A DNA stretch of 64,000 nucleotides from Eledone cirrhosa (taxonomy: Eukaryota), in the NCBI GenBank assembly GCA_964016885.1, contig OZ024741.1, positions 115,382,001 through 115,446,000 of the forward strand, given 5' to 3'. Of this stretch, positions 26,290 through 39,590 are shown piece after piece (the stretch's first letter is position 1; each line of letters starts with the position of its first letter). A model generated the notes under the pieces. That model worked only from the letters and a program-made list of their open reading frames with translations, was not told the DNA's origin and searched no databases. Made by a program: the position numbers and the translations under genes.

Positions 26290-29200
26290 ATATTGTTATG
26301 CTTTGGGAGGGTCATGTTGCCAATAAAAAACACACGCATCAGTAACTTTCACTCCAATTTATTATAAATTAAATTTATAAATTTAAGAATTTATAAATTT
26401 CCGGTTGGTTGGTTGGTTCCATAACCGGACGGTTGTTCATATATTGTCAAAGTTCTTTCGTCACACATTCTGAGACCACTTCAGTGACTGGGGATTCTTT
26501 TCTTTGTTCTGTCCTACGCCATCTTGTTTTTGTGTGTGTTGTGTGCTTAGTTTGCTCATGTGTTACATCCGGGTGTCTGTGTGTGTTTATATTTGTTTAT
26601 TTATTTGTTTATTTACATGTTACTGGTTGGTTGTTTGTTCTATGTGTGTGTGTGTATGTTTACATTTTGTCCTTAATTGTAAGCTGTGATGTTGCTATTC
26701 CATTCATGTTTTCTATTTAATTTTGGTTGGAGTTCATTTATGTTTATTGCCTCTGTGATTTGTCTAAACATTGCGTCTTTATTTTATTTTTGTGTGTGTA
26801 GATTCTATTTTTATTTCTATGTTCTCTAATTTACCCTTATGTTCTATTTTAGCATGTTGGTGGAGTACAGATGATTCTTTTCTATCTTGAAGTTCTCGCC
26901 AGTGTTCATTTAACCGTTCTCCTATACTACGAGCTGTCTCACCTATGTACACTATATTCTTATCTTTACATTGTCCTTCAGTACATCTTATGCTATATAC
27001 TACATTTCTATTTTTACAGTTAATATGGGGGCTTAGTTTACAGAGTATACATTTCTTATCTATACAGGGAGGTATTTGGAAAGGGTATGTATTGCTAATA
27101 AGTGTTTTTATGGAGGTAAAATATTAAGTTTATATTTATCTAGGGGCCTTCTAAATGTGTAAGCTAATTCACCTCTAGGGGTTGTATTGATGAACATTAC
27201 ACTCTGGTATTTATTGCTATCATACCATGAGTTTATTCTATTAACCTTATTCATAGTCCTTTCTATTCTATTCCAAAATTTTCCTCCTATAAAAGGGGCA
27301 GGTCACATTTGTATCATTATTTACCATTTTTTCCCATTTGGTTCTGGCTCCTCTATATACTCTGATTTTATCTCTCTGATTGTAACCACAGAGAACTGCT
27401 TACGGTCGATGAAGTGTTGTATGTGTCTCTCTAGTTCTTTGGAGTTGCACATGCGGGACACGTTTCTCACCTGTACCAAATCCGCAATCAGTATGTTTGC
27501 GCAATCAGCTGAGTTTCGGTCGATCAGATATTTGGAAGTCATGGGTTTGGCATAATGGGAATGGAGGATTTGGTTTTTGTTATTAATGGTTTCTAACCAG
27601 AGCTCTGTGTCTAGTACAGGTAATCGATGGTTGGGGTGTTTGCTTGGGTAGTCTATAGTAACTCTAATACTCTGGTGGATGGAGTTATCTATTTGCTGGA
27701 TGCTTTCCATGGTGTTTTTCTCTAATTCCTGACTGTTCTCTAGTGGGCGTGTTTTTACTACGATGTTTATATCATCAACGTAGCGGGAGTACATTATCAG
27801 GGTTAAGAGGTTTCTGTCTTCTAACTGTTCTTTAAGTTTAAGTTGAAGTCTATTTTCCCACCATACCATGAATAGGTTAGCTATGTCACCTGCAATGCTA
27901 ACACCAATGGCTGCTCTCTCCTCTTGGGCATATGTTTTTCCATTAATTTGAACATATGTTCCTTAAGGGTTACTTTTCTACTGGCCCCCACTGCATGTGC
28001 AATCATTTTCTTTAGTTCATCGTGGTTTTCTGGGGTCCGTATGGCTCTGGTCCACCCGTTTCATCTATCTGTGTGGGTTTTCTTGGCCATTGAGGTAATG
28101 GTAGGTGGTCTGCCTCTGGCTGGTCTTGTAGGGCACAGATTGCTAAGGCCATATGTATCTAGATAATTATTACTATAGGTAAGATTAAGTAGGAGTCCCA
28201 GCTCACTGGTATCAATCCCACAGGAATTCTACATTGCTCTCACTGATCATTTCTACGCATTTCTCCACAGCAAAATCCACGCCAATGGATGTATATAGGG
28301 ACACAACATCTATACTACCTATTAACAGTTTGTTAGGTCCCTAGATCGGTTACTTTCGCTGATTCTGATGAGGAGGTCCTCCGTGCTGTCACATATATCT
28401 GGGGACATTTCAATGATGGGGAGTATGATCAGGGAGAGGAAGTAGGAAAGTCTGTAGTTACTAGCAATGTTAGCTCCACAGACTGGCCGTGTTGGTAGTC
28501 CTGTTACAAGGTCACTGCTCGTTTTATGGTCTTTTCGAAGCCCATACACTGCAGGCACGTCATTGTTCCAGGCCTGGAAGTTGTTAGCAGTCCTTTTATT
28601 GGGCTGCATTATGTTTGTCCACATCATCATATGGGCATTGAGAGTGTTCTCCATATCCTCATGTTCTTGTGGTGTTACTTCTCTTGTGTTAGTGATGTGG
28701 GGTTGCATTGCATGGATGTAGTTTCACAGACTGGCAACCGACATTCTGCCAGACTTGTCTGTTGGAAAGCATGCAATCTCTCTATTACAGGAGCGCTGCA
28801 TGAGCTTACGCAAGCCATTTGCAGATTCTTCTCTCAGATGCTGGGCCTCCATTCTATTTTGCTGCTTGCTATACTGTTATATAATATTTCTAAGTTTAGA
28901 TCTAGCTATACTAAAATGTGCTTCTGTTTGTTCTTGCGTGCGTTTGTTAAAAGCTAAAGTCGTGGCGTGGACTCGTCGTATGTCGAAGGACATATCGGAA
29001 TGATTATAAAAAGTAGAGTTCCAGGCTGATGCTTTATGTGTACTATTTCTATTGTTATTGTTAGTTGTGTTGTTTCTATTTCTATTTCCACCAACAGCCT
29101 CATGGTTGTTTCTATGTCTCTCATTATTACCCCTGTCTCTTTCCTCTGGCTCATTGTTATTATCTACTCTATTTTGTGTCTGTTTGCTCGTCCTTGTTAT

Positions 29201-29550
29201 TTTCTCTGTCAGTATCGATAGTCTCCCTTCTCCTTTCAATCCCATTACCTCCCCTTACTTCTGTGTTACTGTCATTGCCTGTTTTCTGTGTCTGTGTGTT
29301 TGTTAAGATTGTGGTGGTGAGAGGCATAGAATGTGTGTGTGTTGTTTTTGTTGTTGTTGATGTGTGCTGTTGTTGATGTGTGTTGTTGTCATTGTTGTTT
29401 GTGTCTGTTGTTGTTGGGATGTGTGTTGTATGTGCGTGTGTGTGTGCGCGTATGTTGTTATTTGTGTTTTTGAGGCTCCAACGTAATTTTGTCAATGATA
29501 TTTCTATTTCTAACAAGCATTTTATCATATTTACCTTATTATATGTGGCA
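26290..29550 (-). pseudogene. Long decayed PLE family B (RT + GIY-YIG + 3' pLTR with decayed HHR 26446-26489)
   Basis: KLRW, PAVYGLRKDHK..PTRPVCGA, GSIDVVSLYTSI, QEERAAIGVSIAGDIANLFMVWW, YSRYVDDI, LPVLDTELW, HYAKP, CKNRNVVY..C..C..YIGETARS. Many stops and frameshifts. Confidence 0.88.
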
Positions 29551-29551
29551 T

Positions 29552-29666
29552 ATTTATAGATAAGTATTTGGTCCACTTTGTTGGTCAAAATTGAAAGGTT
29601 TATATATATATATATATAAACCTTTCAATATTGACCAACAAAGTGGACCAAATACATATCTATAAA
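29552..29666. repeat. Near-perfect palindrome centred on a (TA)n run at the head-to-head junction of two PLEs
   Basis: tatttggtccactttgttggtcaa..ttgaaaggttt (at)n aaacctttcaa..ttgaccaacaaagtggaccaaata. Confidence 0.9.
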
Positions 29667-31667
29667 AAAGGACCCAATGAAGAAGCAGAAAATACCCAAG
29701 AAACGAATATTACTCCAGCATTAACTAAACTAATAGAAACCATTGAAACAGCAATGCTCCAAAAGCTTGAACAACCATTAGAAACCAATCTACGAGATGT
29801 CCACTCAGCGAAAAACACCCTAATCAATATATGGACTCAAAAGCTCACAGCCCGCAAACTCGCCTTTTAGAATCTTCTAAAAAATAATGGCAAGGTAGAC
29901 ATATATGAAAAGTGACTAAACTCTACCCCAATCATCCTTCTCCTAAAACTCTAAATAAAACCCATCCCGAATGAACCAGAAAACCAACAAAATCTTAGGG
30001 AAAAGATGGCGTTAGAAAAGTTTAAAATAGAAATAGAACTGTTGCGGTTTAGAGCAAACTCCAACGAAGAAAAATTCAAGTCACTCAACCAACAGATAGA
30101 ACAGAAATCTCACGGCACTCTAAAGGCCTACTCTGTGAAAAAACCTTAAAACTTTGGAAAGAAAATTATGAGGATGAAGAACTAACATCCCTCCAGCGAT
30201 GGGAAAAAAACGCCACCTGGTTCAACAACTACGAAATGGATTTCAAAAATGAACAACATACAGGTAACCCATTTTTAAAACAAACTAAAACGCACACACC
30301 ACACGCACAACAAATAACAAAAAAGTAACAAAACGTCCAACATACCCCCAGCAAAACTATGACGACAATCCCAGAATCCATAAACAAAACTATAAACCTA
30401 CCAACAAAAACCGAATGTCCTCCAACACAAGACAGGACCCGATCCGCAGATTACAACCCACACAAAGCCTATTCCAAAACTGTAGACCCCAACCCACACA
30501 GAACCTGTTCCAAAATCGTAGATCCCAAACCACACAAAGGAACAAAATCTACAACCCGGACTATCAACAAACCGAACCTCAATACTGAAACTGACATATA
30601 CTACAAACCAACAGATTCCAAACAATATCTGCTATTTACCTCCAACCATCCAAAGCACACGAAGATGAACATCCTTTTTAAGCTAGCAAGAAGAATGTGC
30701 ACAATTGTCTCCAATTATGAAATGCGAAATAAAAGACTTCAACAATTAAAGGAAATTCTACTCGAAAGACAGTTCCCACCGTTACTAATAAATAATAGAA
30801 TAGAAAGGGCTAAAGCAATAGGCATTGATGAATTACGGAAACGGACACAAACTCAAGGTACATCCAATATTCTATCATATATCTCAACACACAACCCAAG
30901 AAATGCGGAAGCTTACAACACTATTCACAAGAACATCCCATTACTAAAACAAAACCCAAGAATGAAAAAAGCCCTTGAAACACACAAAATAATCAAAAGC
31001 AAAAGTCAACCGAAATCACTAAAAACAATGCCAAATTACTTACCACAAACCAACAACCAACTGTCAAATAATGTGGTCGCTCTAATTGTGGAACCTGCAT
31101 TCACCTCATTGAAGGCAGCACGTATACATTTCAATCAGGACAAAATTTTGCTGTAAAAAATCACCTCACTTGCTCATCAAAATATCTAATTTATCCCATT
31201 AAATGTAAAGGATGCAATGAAGATTATATAGGACAAACTAAACTCACTCTCAGAAACATAATGACAGTTCATCGCCAACAATTACGAGATCCAACCACAA
31301 GAGAGATACCACTAAGTGCACATCTAGACATATGCGCAAGTAATAAGACACCCAAATTCTAAATCTTCCCATTTTATCTTTGCGCTGACAATACAACAGA
31401 ACAAATACGAATAAATAAAGAAAATATGATTTTTCAAAAATGTAGACCAGCATTAAATATGGTTTAAAATATATTATGTCAACACCATAACATGCTAACC
31501 ATCCAAACAGACACATACACACATAGCACCTTCTACTTTAGAAAATAGAAACCAGAACTAAATAAACCTTAACATACGTTAATACTCTAACGCCTTAACA
31601 CGCTAACCACACCCCCTTACACCCCCTTACAACTCCCTCCCCAATTTCTACTAACCGAATCATTTTC

Positions 31668-31710
<43 letters not shown>

Positions 31711-32226
31711 TATATATATTCTCTCCATCTTATCATGCTAACCATACTCCCACACACACATAACACCCATACACACACAGCTCCCTCCCCCATTTCTACT
31801 AATAGAATCATTTTCCTACACACACACACAATATATATATTCTCTCCATCTTAATATGCTAACCATACTCCCACACACACACACATAACACACACAAAAT
31901 ATATATATTTTCTCCATCTTAACATGCTAACCACACTCCCACACACACATAACACTCATACTCACACACACAGCCCCCCCCCCCAATTTCTACTAATAGA
32001 ATCATCTTCCTACACACACACACACACACACACAGACACAAGCACACAAATAAACATACATATCTCTACTTTCTTTATTTCAATAGAAAGTCTGAATTCT
32101 GACACCCCAGCGCACCACCCATATTTACTGAACCAGAACAATTCTCTCCATCCCATTTTTTCTTGATCATTATCTTTTGTTTGGCACAAAATTCTCTAAA
32201 AGGCTACAAAATAAATTCCCAAATAC

Positions 32227-32512
32227 GGGCGCGAAATTTAATGTACTTGTTCACGTGACAGTGATAACTTCATTTATAACCAATCAAATTACATTTAAAA
32301 AAAAGCCTTCGTGAGCCCCTTTTTTTAAGTAAAAAGAAATTCAAACACAAACTGGCGCGAAAGCTGATGTGTTTATTGACGTGACTGCATCAACCAACCA
32401 AACTTCTCTCATGTATGAAAAAAACAACCTGAGCCCCCCCCCCTTTGTTTGAAGAACTTTGTAACGCGAACTGGCGCGAAATTTATTATACTTATTCACC
32501 AACCAACCAAAT
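32227..32512 (+). promoter_or_regulatory. Triplicated E2F-like + E-box + CCAAT module in pLTR region
   Basis: ggcgcgaaa at ~32229, 32354, 32473, tcacgtgac/gacgtgac, and aaccaatcaaa/aaccaaccaa. Same order at 13140-13085 on the minus strand. Confidence 0.45.
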
Positions 32513-32616
32513 TACTTCTCTAAAAACCTGGCATTTCGAGCCACTTTTTTCCACATGAAACAGAAGTAACATCCAAAGACCAACCTATGTGAGAAAAACC
32601 ACAGACCCTCCATCTC

Positions 32617-32662
32617 ATTTCTACGTTTGAAAAGCAGAAGAACTGCGAAACCGGTAAAGAAA
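32617..32662 (+). ncRNA. Minimal hammerhead candidate with U3:A8 core
   Basis: TTGAAAA gcag-aagaa-ctgc GAAA ccgg T A. Stem I is weak. Confidence 0.5.
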
Positions 32663-32792
32663 CCAAATAAATATATATATTTAAAAAAAAAAAAAGACTC
32701 CGGTTGCATTTTCGATTTCATCTTTCTTCCTTATACTTTCACTCGTGTAGGACACCTCGTTTATTTTTCATTTTGTAAAAAAAAAACCTCAC

Positions 32793-33648
<856 letters not shown>

Positions 33649-33653
<5 letters not shown>

Positions 33654-34342
33654 ATATAGTAAGAAACACAGTAAACCGTGTGTCTAAAATTACAAGGGTT
33701 GAAAAACCACATATGCTTGAAATATTTAACCAAGAAACAGACAGAATGACAAAATGAAAATAAAAATATATTATCATAATAATACAAACCGCCTCAATAA
33801 CCATTATATCTCTCGGACAGATTATCCCTAATCTGTTTCGCCCTGAGTGTGTTTGTAACAGATAATCCTGGGCTTCATCAGCGAGAGATTGCGATTAAAT
33901 GCCACTAACACTATTTGCCAACGTTCACACAGAAAGATGAATTCATCACCTCATGCTTCGCCAGCCAAACGTGGTAAGCGCGTATTGAACAGAAATAACA
34001 GTCCAACACGCACAACTTAATAGCTCAACTTGTAAGGGAGCAGAAATATATATATGAGAATTAGAACCCTGTAACCATTAAGCTCTAAGTATAAAGTACA
34101 AATAAATACTGAGCCGATTAACAATATATAGTATTATTTGTATTATTATGATAATATATTTTTATTTTCATTTTGTCATTCTGTCTGTTTCTTGGTTAAA
34201 TATTTCAAGCATATGTGGTTTTTCAACCCTTGTAATTTTAGACACACAGTTTACTGTGTTTCTTACTATATATTGTTAATCGGCTCAGTATTTATTTGTA
34301 CTTTATACTTAGAGCTTAATGGTTACAGGGTTCTAATTCTCA
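33649..34342 (-). mobile_element. Retrozyme-like ~471-nt circularly permuted unit plus inverted segment (34137-34342)
   Basis: acaatatatagta at 33649 recurs at 34120. 34137-34342 is the reverse complement of the sequence spanning the unit junction (34053-34132 + 33649-33789). Confidence 0.8.
33808..33889 (-). ncRNA. Canonical type I hammerhead ribozyme, GUC cleavage site
   Basis: atctctcg CTGATGA a gccc...gggc GAAA cagatta-ggga-taatctg TC cgagagat. All three stems are well paired. Confidence 0.92.
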
Positions 34343-34435
<93 letters not shown>

Positions 34436-34761
34436 GGGGTAGTTTGAAATTCAAAGCAAAGGAGAAGTGCCGAAACAGTTGGGTAGACTTATCTCAAGGA
34501 CAGGGATAAGCGACTGGAAGTGTGATGGTCCATAATATAATATATATTTTAAACTTAAATCAAAATCTCTATTTTGGAGGATATAAGCTAGACCGACTAA
34601 CATTCATCGGTTTTACTCATAGTTCCCCGACCATGGTTTCTGGAATTCAAAAACAACATTGGAATAACCAATATTGGAAACTTTACAATTCCGTCATCGT
34701 GAGGAGAATTCTTTGGAATAAAAGAAGTTGAATATATATCATACATACCATATATATTCAT

Positions 34762-34793
<32 letters not shown>

Positions 34794-35788
34794 ACACACA
34801 CAAACACACACATATATATATATGTATATATGAAATCCTTACTTTAGAGATGGACTGATCAATATGGCTTTTGAGGAATAAATAAGATAATGTTCCTACT
34901 ATATCCTCCATTTTCATTTTCACATTTGATTAAAGTTTTTTTCTTATTTCATAACATTAGTAAGCTTTCATTTTTCGAATACTTATATTTTTTGTCGCCA
35001 GTTTCTGCTCAATTGGGGCTATTTCGTTCTATATATGTATATTTTATTTCCTTGTTGACACTGGCTGGACAATAGTAACAAACCACACATTGAGATTCGC
35101 GATATATAGATATAAGCCATTAGAAAAATTGGTTCATGATAATCAATTTATCTGAAGATAGAAAGAATTGAAAAGAAACCAAAAAATGCCGAGGAAAAGT
35201 TGGAAGATATTTATCAGAGTTTCAAGTCTTCAGTATAGTTTAACCAACATTAATCACATCTGACGTATAATCTTCTAATATTGACTTGTTGATTTTGTTG
35301 ATTTTGTTTTTGTTATGCTCAATAATGTGATATTCATTTTGTGTAGAAATGCTAGGGAACTTGAAATTGATAAAAACAAAGAACATGATAAAGTTAGTTA
35401 TACAAAGTTCATATAACCTAGCGACGATGTACAATCACATTTATCTTAAGCCAGATCGTGTCTAAAGTCGAGAATGACTGCGTAGCTAATCAGCACTTTT
35501 CCATATATTTTCCTATTTTAATAGTTTCATGTGATAAATACAATTATGATTATATGGTTATATAGAACGAAAATTAATTTGGCATCTTTATCTTCACATA
35601 ACTGATTCAAAATCTCTAACTCACACTCTCACGGTGTGTGGTCAGAGTGGCGTAACAGCGTTATATATATATACCTGTGTGTGTGTGTAGATATATATAA
35701 TGCTATTACGTCACCCTGACCACACACACACACACATATATATGTATGTATGTATATATATATATGTATATATGCATATATGTATATA

Positions 35789-35832
<44 letters not shown>

Positions 35833-35872
35833 TATATGTATGTATATATATATATATATATATGCATATATG

Positions 35873-35940
<68 letters not shown>

Positions 35941-35960
35941 TGTATATATGTATGTATTAT

Positions 35961-36564
35961 GTCAGGTCACCAGTTGGTGCTAATGGTAACATGTATTCCA
36001 GTGCAACCTGTCTCGTGGTCGGGTCGTTGGCGACTAAACTGGCAACCCCACCAAGGTTTCTTGGTGAGGAGGGTGACTTTGGACATGCTGCAGGACTAAA
36101 AACAAAACCTGTCAAAGGACCTCTTAAGAGTCAATGGCCATCCAAAATCACCGGGAGAGATGAACCCTTAGCCTTTGTCAAGGCAGAATTCTAGGAGAAG
36201 GAAAACTCTGATATAACACCTGCAACCCTGATGGTATCCAATGATGTTGACTTGTTCTTCTTTTTGGTAAATATCATCTTGGTTAAGAGAGTGGGTCTGG
36301 CTTTGTGCAGTGCCTTTGCTCACTATAAAAGCTTCACGGCACAGGCATTGCTTTATATCTGGAGATCTCTCTGCACTTGTCGTCACATGGTATCATGGGC
36401 CCAGCACAATGTGTCAATAATTGTCACAAGTGTAGTGTTTGTATCAGAGTTTTCAAGTCGCTGGCTGGACTAAAAAGTCACACTCGTTCAGCGCATCCGT
36501 AGGGGTTCTCCTACATGGATATAAAGTAGTGGCCGTACTCGAAAACAAGTTGGCAGCCACCACC
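35961..36564 (+). mobile_element. RTE-derived short retroelement (family S2)
   Basis: gtcaggtcaccagttggtgct...gcagccaccaccatatata. Homologous to 14575-15195. Confidence 0.72.
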
Positions 36565-36579
36565 ATATATATATGTATA

Positions 36580-36653
<74 letters not shown>

Positions 36654-36654
36654 C

Positions 36655-36698
<44 letters not shown>

Positions 36699-36789
36699 CG
36701 AAGGAAATGTGGTAAGGAACCAGGTGGACCATGACGCACCAAAGTACTCAATACTTAGGGTAGTAGAGTGGGTAATAGGAACAAGTAAG

Positions 36790-36883
36790 ACCCCGACGGC
36801 TGAGCTCAAGCCGTTTCGACGGCTAATTCTGGACTGAATGAAAATTTATTCTGGTATTTAAATAGCCGAGCTTATCAAGGGGT
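36790..36883 (-). ncRNA. Type I hammerhead with U3:A8 variant core (UUGAUAA)
   Basis: acccc TTGATAA gctcggcta...tagccgtc GAAA cggcttgagctcagccg TC ggggt. Confidence 0.8.
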
Positions 36884-38166
36884 AATTCCATATATGGTCA
36901 AAGAGATAATCACCAGGATTGGTCACATCACAAGTTAGTAGTAAATCTGTGATGGCAAATTGGTGGGGAAGGGGTAGCTAAACCTGCCGGTAGGAGAAAA
37001 AGGGAGAGGGGTGGAGTAGACCCATTCATGCGTTGGTAGTGCCGGCTACAGCTGGGCGTGAGGTCAAAGAGGATACTGGGGAGGGGGAGGAAGTCGAAAC
37101 GCTAAGTAGAACAATGATGGGTAAAACTATAAAAGGTACTGAGAGAGAAAAAAAGAATAAGCAAAGTCTGGTTACTAAGACTTAAGTCTCTCGCTATTGC
37201 TAGGCTAAAGAAATACATAAATAAATAAATAAACAAATAAGTGAATAAAAGAATAGATAAATAAATTTCAAAAAAAAAAATATATATATATATATATAAT
37301 GAAGAATAAAAAAATAAATAATAATAATAAAAATGAACTAGGTGGGACGGAAATAAAGGGACCCTTATACGAGGTATAAGTGCGTGTATCGTACGGTGAC
37401 GGGTCAACAAAGGGGGGGGGGGGGGGGGGGGGGGGGCAAAATACTAAAGAGACTACCACGAAATAATAAAGGTGTCTACCCCAATCACAGGGCCAGCATC
37501 CACCCAGTGCAAGAAAGTAAACTAGTACGAGAATATAATTCAGGGTCCCGCAAAAAAATACTAGTGCTAACTCTAAGGGTACCGCCACGAAATAAAAAGT
37601 CTTATACAAGCTACATGAAAGATCGTACGAAGTAAAAGTAAAGAACGGAAAATTAATACAGAAACCTTTATTGTTTATTTCGTGGTAGTCTCTTTAGTAT
37701 TTTGGCCCCTTTTGTTGACCCGTCACCGTATCATTTACGTACTTATACCTCTTAAAAGGGTCCTTGCCTATTCCGTCCCACCTAGTTCCTTTACTTATTT
37801 CGTTATTTCTTTATTCCTTTCTTTACTTTCTTTCTTTCTTTCTTTATTTATTTATTCTAGCCTAACAATAGCTAGAGACCTAGGTCGTAGAATTTAATTT
37901 ACTTTACTTTTTTCTTTACACTTATTTGCTTTTCTTCACTCTCAGTATTTTTTCTTTCCTATTTCTACCCCCCATTGTTCTACCTACCGTTCCGACTTCC
38001 TCCCCCTCCCCCTCCCCTGTATCTTCTTTGACCTCATGCCCAGCTGTAGCTGGCACTACCAACGCTTGATTGGGTCTACTCCACCCCCTCCCCTCTTTCT
38101 CCTACTAATTTGCAACCACAGAATTACTACTGATTTTTGACAATCACTTTGACCATATATGGAATT

Positions 38167-38260
38167 ACCCCTTGAGAAGATCGGCTATTTAAATACCAGG
38201 ATAAATTTTCATTTAGTCCAGAATTAGCCGTCGAAACGGCTTGAGCTCAGCTGTCGGGGT
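38167..38260 (+). ncRNA. Type I hammerhead with U3:A8 variant core (UUGAGAA)
   Basis: acccc TTGAGAA gatcggcta...tagccgtc GAAA cggcttgagctcagctg TC ggggt. Confidence 0.8.
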
Positions 38261-38351
38261 CTTACTGGTTCCTATTACCCACTCTACTACCTCAAGTATT
38301 GAGTACTTTGGTGCGTTATGGTCCACATGGTTCCTTACCACATTTCCTTCG

Positions 38352-38407
<56 letters not shown>

Positions 38408-38410
<3 letters not shown>

Positions 38411-38602
38411 GTGGCTTCTCCAAGAATATTTTCTACACTCCAGGCCATTCTCCAAATACTATTAGGAAAAACACTCGAAATAAAGCAAAAATCTTGTTCT
38501 CTCCTTCTTTCTCGTTAAATGTCGAAACTAATATCAGAAAGAAGTTTTTAGCCCTCATAGATACACACTTTCCCCAAGGACACACATACCATCAGATCTT
38601 AA
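38408..38602 (+). pseudogene. Short Naiad-type PLE fragment (post-thumb linker)
   Basis: SGFSKNIFY..RNKAKILFSPSFSLNVETNIRKKFLALIDTHFPQGHTYHQI aligns by eye with YFNPPFNSEVAINIPRAFFSVLERNFPPGNRYHSI of the intact ORF. Confidence 0.7.
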
Positions 38603-39189
38603 CCTTCATATGTTTATTTATTGGCTGTTTTATTAATTGGCCTATTACAACTCTATATATGCACACGCACACACACACACATATATATATATATGTGTAT
38701 TTATTTTCTTAATTCCTCTTTTGCTTTCCTCCTACTTCTTTGGTTAAATTTGTGTACTTATCAACAAGTATATACAGACATACCCACATATGAATTAATA
38801 ATAACAATACACACTAATAGAAAGGTTAGGGCTGGAAGGAATGTCTTTAAGTAGACACATATTTAGCTACAGTGTAGAGAAATCAATATTATGATTAAAC
38901 TCCAAACATTTTCTCACCGTCGCCAGAATTATATTGCTATAACAAATTTTAGCTTTTGCTCGATCTTTATAAGAGTTTATTTAATCATTCCTTCTCAAGT
39001 AGAAAATTGTAAGTCATAGCTATATATGCACACTTAGATGAACGTTAAGTAGTAAGTCTAATTTGCATACGCAATTACTTTTTATCTATAATGTATATAG
39101 ATATATTTAAATGAAAGGAACTATTCATGAGATCAAACCACGTAAATATGGTTACTATTAGTTTATTTCATTAGTGATACGATCTGTTG

Positions 39190-39590
39190 GTCGAAATTCC
39201 TGGCAGGAGACGGGATTTGAACTCAGAATGCACAGAGCCGGATCGATTTTGCACAGTATTCCCTTCCAAAGTTTAGAAACAGCACCAATCCACTTCCCAT
39301 GAATTGGTACTCTGTTTATCGACTCCAAAAGGATGAAAGGAAATGTTTAACTCAGTAGGATTTGAACTCCGTTGCCATGATTCTGCAAATTCACCGCCTT
39401 GATACACGGCGTGTCTTGGACATTTAAAATCTGTCGGAGCATATTCATCTCCACGTCGGAAGAGACAGTGGAAGAATCGACCACAGCACTGAATTGGCAT
39501 TTTGAGAGGCAAAGTTGAATTCAGTGTGATTTGAACTCAAAGCCTTTTAATGCGATGCTCTAATCACTCGCCCCAAATTCACTGTCTTCA
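39190..39590 (-). mobile_element. Cluster of old SINE fragments
   Basis: gggatttgaactcaga, tggtactctgtttatcgactccaaaaggatgaaagg, ggcaaagttgaattcagtgtgatttgaactc. Confidence 0.6.

Larger units (their letters stand above)
36697..38352. mobile_element. Fold-back pair of non-coding pLTR/retrozyme-like arms (36697-37472 minus, 37665-38352 plus), each with a hammerhead
   Basis: The arms are diverged reverse complements (aacgaaggaaatgtggtaaggaacca.. / ..tggttccttaccacatttccttcgtt). Both outer ends abut (AT)n. Confidence 0.85.
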
